A DNA stretch of 64,000 nt from an uncultured archaeon (GTDB lineage: Archaea; Asgardarchaeota; Thorarchaeia; Thorarchaeales; Thorarchaeaceae): contig CAZLEV010000002.1 of the NCBI GenBank assembly GCA_964558645.1, positions 192,001-256,000 of the forward strand, read 5' to 3'. Shown piece by piece: positions 58,518-64,000 of the stretch. How positions within the stretch are numbered: position 1 is the stretch's first letter; each line of letters begins with the position of its first letter. The notes beneath the pieces were generated by a model. It was not told the DNA's origin and did not search any database. It saw only the letters and a program-made list of their open reading frames with translations. Position numbers and translations under genes: made by a program.

Positions 58518-58679
58518 AGATGTGCCTCACAAAGTCAGTGACAGCCAATCATTGAACGAGAAGCTGAGTTCTATCAGTTCACAGATAGAAGCCTTTCAAC
58601 CGAACAAAAACCCTTTTGTAGCCCATACATCTTCACTATTGATGCCTTCCTTAACAGCAGGAAGGAGGTATACCAAAAA

Positions 58680-59483
58680 ATGGCGGAAAAGGGACCCCTT
58701 GTCCTCGTCATGATTGTGGGCCTAGTTATTGGGCTTGGAGTGGGCTATGCAATTCCAACATTGCTAATCCCACCCGGAGAAACCACTGATCTCCTAGACA
58801 CAATCCAGAGCCGAGGATACATGGTCGTAGGTACTAGTTCTGGATGGCCACCATTCGAGATGGTCAACTCCACAACTCAGGAACTCTACGGCTTTGATAT
58901 AGATCTATGTGAACTGATAGCGAGTGAACTTGGAGTAGAAATCCAATGGTCCGATATGGACTTCGACGCACTGGTGGGTGCTGCCCAGACGGGTACAGTG
59001 GACCTTCTTGCGGCTGCAATGTTCATAACACCAGAGCGAGCCGACGTACTGGACCATTCAATCTGGTACATTCGTACAAACCAGATCGTCGTTGTAACAG
59101 GTGATTCCACCCTTGAGATCGAAAGTCTCGAGGATTTGGAAGGCTACACCGTTGGAGTACAGACAGGTACGGTCGAGGATGATGAACTCACTGACTTGGT
59201 CAGCGAAGGCGTCGGAATCACAATCCAGCGCTACCCACGGCCAGACACTCTGTTTGCGGATCTGGACGGCGGCACACTCGACGCGGTTTACGTAGATGAG
59301 CCAGTCATCACCGTTTACTCAAAAGCCTACAGTCTAAAGTCGATATTCACAGTACCGGCTCCACCGACTGCCCTCTTCATGAGGAAGGGTAATCCAGAAT
59401 TCAGGAATGCCGTGAATGATGTCATAGCAGAGGCATTTGCGGATGGATCACTGGATGAAATGATTGAGAAATGGTTCGGGTGA
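58680..59483 (+). CDS. Polar amino acid ABC transporter substrate-binding protein
   Basis: WPPFE, GFDIDL, ITPERA, VGVQTGT, KWFG. Confidence 0.93.
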   Translation: MAEKGPLVLVMIVGLVIGLGVGYAIPTLLIPPGETTDLLDTIQSRGYMVVGTSSGWPPFEMVNSTTQELYGFDIDLCELIASELGVEIQWSDMDFDALVGAAQTGTVDLLAAAMFITPERADVLDHSIWYIRTNQIVVVTGDSTLEIESLEDLEGYTVGVQTGTVEDDELTDLVSEGVGITIQRYPRPDTLFADLDGGTLDAVYVDEPVITVYSKAYSLKSIFTVPAPPTALFMRKGNPEFRNAVNDVIAEAFADGSLDEMIEKWFG

Positions 59484-59490
59484 TTGAGAA

Positions 59491-60183
59491 ATGCAGCAGG
59501 CGCCACCGAGTCTCCTTGAACTGTTCATCAACGTGATCACGTTCGGCTTGCCGTGGACCCTGCTGCTCACTGTTTTATCCCTGATCGGCGGTTTTGTCAT
59601 TGGCGTCCTTCTGGCGCTAGGTGGAGTCTATGGACCACGAGAAGTACAGTGGGTGGCGAAGGGCTACGAGAGAATCTTCAGAGGTGTACCTCTCCTCGTC
59701 TTGCTCTTTCTATTCGCAGTAGCCACACCCATTTTCTACAATATCTTTGGACCTGGTCTACCGGCTATTGTTTCGGCTGCAATATTCTCTCTTGCAATCA
59801 GAAGCGCCGCATATCAGTCGCAGATATTCCGAGGCGCCATCCTCTCGGTTGAAGAGGGACAGATGCAAGCGGCTCAATCCCTTGGAATGACAGACACACA
59901 GGCAACTCGTAACATAGTGCTACCACAGGCCTTCCGACTGGCTCTGCCCAGCTGGTCCAACGAATATGCCGTGGTGATCAAGGATACTGCGTATGCATTG
60001 GCAATAGGTGTACCTGAGATGGTAAAGATTAGTTACAATCTTTCAGTTGACTACCCTGCATACTTCTTCATAATAATGCTGGTGATTACTGTAATCTACT
60101 TTCTCTTCACATATCCGGTTACGACCTTCGTGGGGGAGAGAATGACAAGGAAACTCAGAGACTTAGGGCTTGGAGGTAGATAG
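59491..60183 (+). CDS. Polar amino acid ABC permease
   Basis: FRGVPLLV, AAY, GQMQAA..LGM, LPQA, KDT. Confidence 0.93.
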   Translation: MQQAPPSLLELFINVITFGLPWTLLLTVLSLIGGFVIGVLLALGGVYGPREVQWVAKGYERIFRGVPLLVLLFLFAVATPIFYNIFGPGLPAIVSAAIFSLAIRSAAYQSQIFRGAILSVEEGQMQAAQSLGMTDTQATRNIVLPQAFRLALPSWSNEYAVVIKDTAYALAIGVPEMVKISYNLSVDYPAYFFIIMLVITVIYFLFTYPVTTFVGERMTRKLRDLGLGGR

Positions 60184-60187
60184 AAAA

Positions 60188-60949
60188 TTGACTGCAGTTC
60201 TGCAAGTACGGGACATATGGAAATCTTACGGCGATCTTGAGGTTCTCAAGGGAGTATCTTTTGACGTGGAAGAGAAAGAAGTCAAGGTGGTATTCGGTCC
60301 CAGTGGCTCAGGAAAGAGCACGCTGTTGAGATGCATAAACATGCTTGATCCACCTGAAAAGGGAGAAGTTCTCCTACGAGGCAAGAGCCTTATGGATGCA
60401 GACGAGGATGTCAACAAGCTGCGATCAAGGATTGGGTTTGTTTTTCAACAGTTCAACCTCTTCGCCCACCTCAAAGCAATCGATAATGTATCAATAGGCC
60501 CCAGACTGGTTCTTAAGCTGAGCAAGGAGGAGGCTCATGATAGAGCAATGGAGGCACTTGGGCGGGTTCATCTCCAAGACCGAGCAGACCACTATCCCGC
60601 AGAGCTCTCGGGGGGACAGAAACAGAGGGTTGGCATTGCACGAGCATTGGCCATGAAGCCGGATGTTATACTCTTTGATGAACCAACGTCAGCTCTCGAC
60701 CCAGAGCTCATCGGCGAGGTTCTTCAAGTCATGCTGGATCTGGCAAAAGAAGGAACAACTATGGTCTGTGTCACCCATGAGATGGGTTTTGCACGGGCAG
60801 TTGCCGACGAGATGCTGTTCATGGATGAAGGCGTGTTTGTTGAAAGAGGCACAGCCCAACACTTCTTCGAAGGAGCTGAAACAGAGCGCGCCAAGAGATT
60901 CCTGCATCGACTCGAAGTACTCTACGGTTCAGAAGAAACACCTGAATAG
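60188..60949 (+). CDS. Polar amino acid ABC ATPase (GlnQ-like)
   Basis: GPSGSGKST, FQQFNLF, LSGGQKQR, FDEPTSALDPE, VTHEM; TTG 60188 (track 60170). Confidence 0.95.
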   Translation: MTAVLQVRDIWKSYGDLEVLKGVSFDVEEKEVKVVFGPSGSGKSTLLRCINMLDPPEKGEVLLRGKSLMDADEDVNKLRSRIGFVFQQFNLFAHLKAIDNVSIGPRLVLKLSKEEAHDRAMEALGRVHLQDRADHYPAELSGGQKQRVGIARALAMKPDVILFDEPTSALDPELIGEVLQVMLDLAKEGTTMVCVTHEMGFARAVADEMLFMDEGVFVERGTAQHFFEGAETERAKRFLHRLEVLYGSEETPE

Positions 60950-60961
60950 GAGACTATATCG

Positions 60962-61735
60962 ATGTTCCTGCTACCCGACCAATCGTCGCTTGAGGCTCAG
61001 CAGATAACACAGATTGCCAATTACATGGATCAATTCATCCATGGACTGATGACCACTTTGGGACTGTACATATTTGCTCTCGCGATAGGCTTTGTCATTG
61101 GATTAGTCCTATCTATAGTCCGCCTCTACGGAGGTCCGGTCAGCTCTCGATTTGCAACAGGATATATAGAAGTGATTCGCGGAACTCCCCTTGTCACACA
61201 GATTTTCATATTCGCATATGCGCCAGATGCAATCAACACCGCACTGGAAATGGCGGGGCTGGCAACTTTCAATACCAGCTGGCGCATCTACATTCCCGAC
61301 CCCTTCGGAGGGCAGAGCATATTCCTCTCCACGAGAATTCTCATGGCGGCAGTCTGCCTTGCGTTGAACAGCGCTGCATATCAGGCGGAGTACTTGCGAG
61401 GAGCCATGGCATCGATCTCAGGAGGTCAACTACAGGCAGCTAAGTCTATGGGCATGACCCGAACACAAGGCATCCGTCACATTATCCTGCCCCAGAGTCT
61501 AAGGAGAGTCATCCCTTCGTGGTCGAATGAGGCGGCCTATCTCCCAAAGTACACTACGGTGGCATACTTCGTTGCAGTTGAGGAACTTTTTGCAAAGACC
61601 AAGCTGATTATCTCTCGGGTACCATATCCCTTTGAGATGTACCTGATAGTGGCAATAGTCTTCCTCGTCCTAATCAGTGCGGTTTCTCAGGCATTAGACC
61701 ACGTTTATGATAGGGTGAAGATTCCAGGCGTCTGA
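60962..61735 (+). CDS. Polar amino acid ABC permease
   Basis: IRGTPL, SAAYQAE, GQLQAA..MGM, ILPQ. Confidence 0.93.
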   Translation: MFLLPDQSSLEAQQITQIANYMDQFIHGLMTTLGLYIFALAIGFVIGLVLSIVRLYGGPVSSRFATGYIEVIRGTPLVTQIFIFAYAPDAINTALEMAGLATFNTSWRIYIPDPFGGQSIFLSTRILMAAVCLALNSAAYQAEYLRGAMASISGGQLQAAKSMGMTRTQGIRHIILPQSLRRVIPSWSNEAAYLPKYTTVAYFVAVEELFAKTKLIISRVPYPFEMYLIVAIVFLVLISAVSQALDHVYDRVKIPGV

Positions 61736-61925
61736 AAGCAGCCGCTATCCTTGCCGTCAATCTTCAGATGGCCGCTCACAAGGAATTCCTCCTGAAGTCT
61801 TCTAGGATAGGATTTGTGGAGCCCGCCATAATCATGAACACTGACAAGAAACCAATGGCTTCAGAGGGAAGTAGCAGTACATCCTTTTATGGGGCATACA
61901 GACTCTGAGTCTAGGAAGAGAGAAC

Positions 61926-62576
61926 ATGCTTGTTCGGATAGTATATGACAATATTGCTGAAGAGGGGTTCGAAGCCGATTGGGGGTTTTCTTGCCTTGTA
62001 GGCGATTCTCTCTTATTCGATACCGGAAGGAGCCTTCATATTCTCAGGCATAACATGCGAAGAATGGGAATACAGACCGACCTCATCAGTCATCTAGTCT
62101 TGTCACACAACCATCGGGACCATACCGGAGGGGTGGGTATTCTCGAAGATCTCGGAGAAGTCGAGGTATATGTTCCCCGATCATTCTCTAAGCCCATGAA
62201 GCAAAACCTGTCAGCATTCAGCAACGCAAAGATAGTTGAAATTACAGAGCCCCGACAAATCACAGAAGGGGTCTGGTCAACCGGAGAACTTGGCGGTAGA
62301 GTGAAAGAGCAATCGCTGGTTGTGAAGACAGAGAATGGTGTCAGTCTAATCACAGGCTGTGCGCACCCAGGACTAGAGAACATGATTGACGCGGCGCAAG
62401 AATTCGGGCGCCTGTTTGGTGTAATAGGAGGCTTCCATGAGTTTGATAGGCTAATCGCACTAGAAACGACGTCATTGATAGCACCATGCCATTGTACGAG
62501 CAAGAAAGAGGCGATTAGGGACCTGTACAACTACACCGCAAGAGAGTGCAGTGTCGGGAAAGCATTCGAAGTCTGA
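61926..62576 (+). CDS. MBL-fold metallo-hydrolase (MJ0301-like subfamily)
   Basis: WGFS, LFDTG, SHNHRDHTGG, GCAHPG, GGFH, PCHCT. Confidence 0.9.
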   Translation: MLVRIVYDNIAEEGFEADWGFSCLVGDSLLFDTGRSLHILRHNMRRMGIQTDLISHLVLSHNHRDHTGGVGILEDLGEVEVYVPRSFSKPMKQNLSAFSNAKIVEITEPRQITEGVWSTGELGGRVKEQSLVVKTENGVSLITGCAHPGLENMIDAAQEFGRLFGVIGGFHEFDRLIALETTSLIAPCHCTSKKEAIRDLYNYTARECSVGKAFEV

Positions 62577-62672
62577 TAGTAATCTCCGGTTGGAAACTGT
62601 CAGATACCATGCATCTTAAATGCATTCGATGACATTTTTGCTATAGTTAATTCGATATGGCAGGTATCAGGT

Positions 62673-63677
62673 ATGAAGTACAGACAAGTTGGAAACAGTG
62701 GATTGAAGATAAGTGAGATATCTATCGGATCTTGGTTAACCTACGGTGGTTCAGTCGAGAACAAGACTGCGAAGGAATGCCTCTCGACTGCAATCGAACA
62801 TGGTGTGAACTTCATAGACTCAGCTGAAGCCTATGCGAGGGGCGGAGCTGAGAAGGTAATTGGTGAATGGTTACAGGAAGAAGAAATGGACAGAGACGAT
62901 CTTGTCATCTCCAGCAAGGTCTTCTGGCCTATGAGTGAGACGATAAACGACTGGGGCCTCTCAAGGAAGAACATCATGCATGCGATAGATGGAACGCTTG
63001 AACGCTTGGGGACAGACTATATTGACATTTACTTCATGCACCGCTTCGACCATACCACACCCCTGAGAGAAACTATCATGACCCTTGACGATCTTATCCG
63101 GTCAGGCAAGGTAAGATACTGGGGAACATCAGTCTGGACCGCGGCCCAGCTGGAGCGAGTCCACGCTATCGCAAAGGAGATAGGAGCGCACAGGCCTATT
63201 GTCGAACAGCCAATGTACAATATGCTCTTTCGGCATATAGAGATCGAGATCATGCCAGTGGCTCAACGCAACGGCATGGGATTCACGGTCTGGAGCCCAC
63301 TGTATCAGGGAATCCTGACAGGAAAATACAACGATGGCATTCCAGAGGAGAGCAGAGCAGCCAAGGGAGATGAGGGATTTCTCAAGTATCTGACCGAGGA
63401 GGTCAGAATCAAACTGAACAAGCTGCAAGACATTGCTTCCTCACTAGGAAGCTCTCTACCCCAGCTGGCGTTGGCTTGGATTCTGAGAAGACCCGAGATA
63501 GCAGCAGTCTTGGTTGGCGCGTCCAAACCGGAACACGTCAAAGAGAACGTACAGGCGTCAGACCTGAAGCTCTCTGACAACACCATTGAGGAAATCGAAG
63601 AAATCCTCGATAACGCGCCAGAATGGCCCAGAACGTATGCGCCCAACACATACTACGAAGACAGGATAAGATACTGA
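62673..63677 (+). CDS. Aldo/keto reductase (Kv-beta-like)
   Basis: GSWLTYG, DSAEAY, SSKV, YFMHR, YWGTS, WSPL. Confidence 0.95.
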   Translation: MKYRQVGNSGLKISEISIGSWLTYGGSVENKTAKECLSTAIEHGVNFIDSAEAYARGGAEKVIGEWLQEEEMDRDDLVISSKVFWPMSETINDWGLSRKNIMHAIDGTLERLGTDYIDIYFMHRFDHTTPLRETIMTLDDLIRSGKVRYWGTSVWTAAQLERVHAIAKEIGAHRPIVEQPMYNMLFRHIEIEIMPVAQRNGMGFTVWSPLYQGILTGKYNDGIPEESRAAKGDEGFLKYLTEEVRIKLNKLQDIASSLGSSLPQLALAWILRRPEIAAVLVGASKPEHVKENVQASDLKLSDNTIEEIEEILDNAPEWPRTYAPNTYYEDRIRY

Positions 63678-63730
63678 GAACCAGTAGTTGATTGTGGTGG
63701 TATGACAGATCATTGGGGCCTGGAACTGCC

Positions 63731-64000
63731 TCATAACGGGTTCGAATCTATCCTGAGCCTTCTCCGGTTTGCTTCGGTATCGGCATAGACACGCCATTCG
63801 GATACGAAACCCCCCGTGACTTGAGCCGTCCATATGGGGGGCATCCAATCCCTTCTCAGAACAGGTCGACTGGCCACTCATGATAACCAGCCCGTCACGA
63901 TATTCTACAGTCTGAAATACATTGACGTAGTCGGGATATCGGAGAAAGAAGTCATGCCATGCCTCAACGATCTCTTTCCGCCCCTCAACCACATCATCAG
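63731..64000 (-). pseudogene. SnoaL/NTF2-like protein, frameshifted; 5' end off the window
   Basis: ...AWHDFFLRYPDYVN...GQSTCSEKGLD, shift at G6 63836-63841, then IWTAQVTGGFVSEWRVYADT...*. Confidence 0.7.

Noticed and set aside
1-64000. Many short antisense or overlapping ORFs in the track; search for tRNA, rRNA and in-frame Sec UGA/SECIS
   Set aside because: The short ORFs are shadows of real genes without motifs; no convincing RNA gene or selenoprotein readthrough was seen by eye.

Overview
Gene-dense archaeal window, about 50% GC by eye. It is most likely an Asgard archaeon (Thorarchaeota-like); this is an inference from a Rab-like GTPase, PCI-like winged helix/zinc-ribbon proteins, C-terminally anchored solute-binding proteins and GGTGA/GGAGG-type SD sites. 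It holds about 60 CDS, mostly accessory. These include ABC transporters (ABC-2, Liv-type, polar amino acid), secreted hydrolases (LTD-metallopeptidase, Zn phospholipase C/nuclease, subtilisin, M23), an acyl-CoA ligase/KASIII-like operon, a 1.9-kaa surface protein, DNA repair enzymes and a split PEP-dependent phosphotransferase. No rRNA, tRNA, CRISPR array or transposase was seen. Two things stand out. (1) A non-coding ~180-270 bp element occurs three times (3446-3723 +, 37995-38175 -, 58331-58517 +; about 80% identical by eye) and has covarying stems. One copy splits a membrane-protein gene between perfect 8-bp GGTCTACC repeats, and excising it rejoins the two halves in frame. (2) A tightly coupled four-gene operon encodes an FG-GAP propeller-Zn ribbon-PCI-like protein, a dCache-HAMP-TPR-vWA receptor, an output-less dCache-HAMP receptor and a bacterial-type SpeA-like decarboxylase. 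Several decayed genes missing from the ORF track were also found. All alignments were done by eye and no database searches were run.
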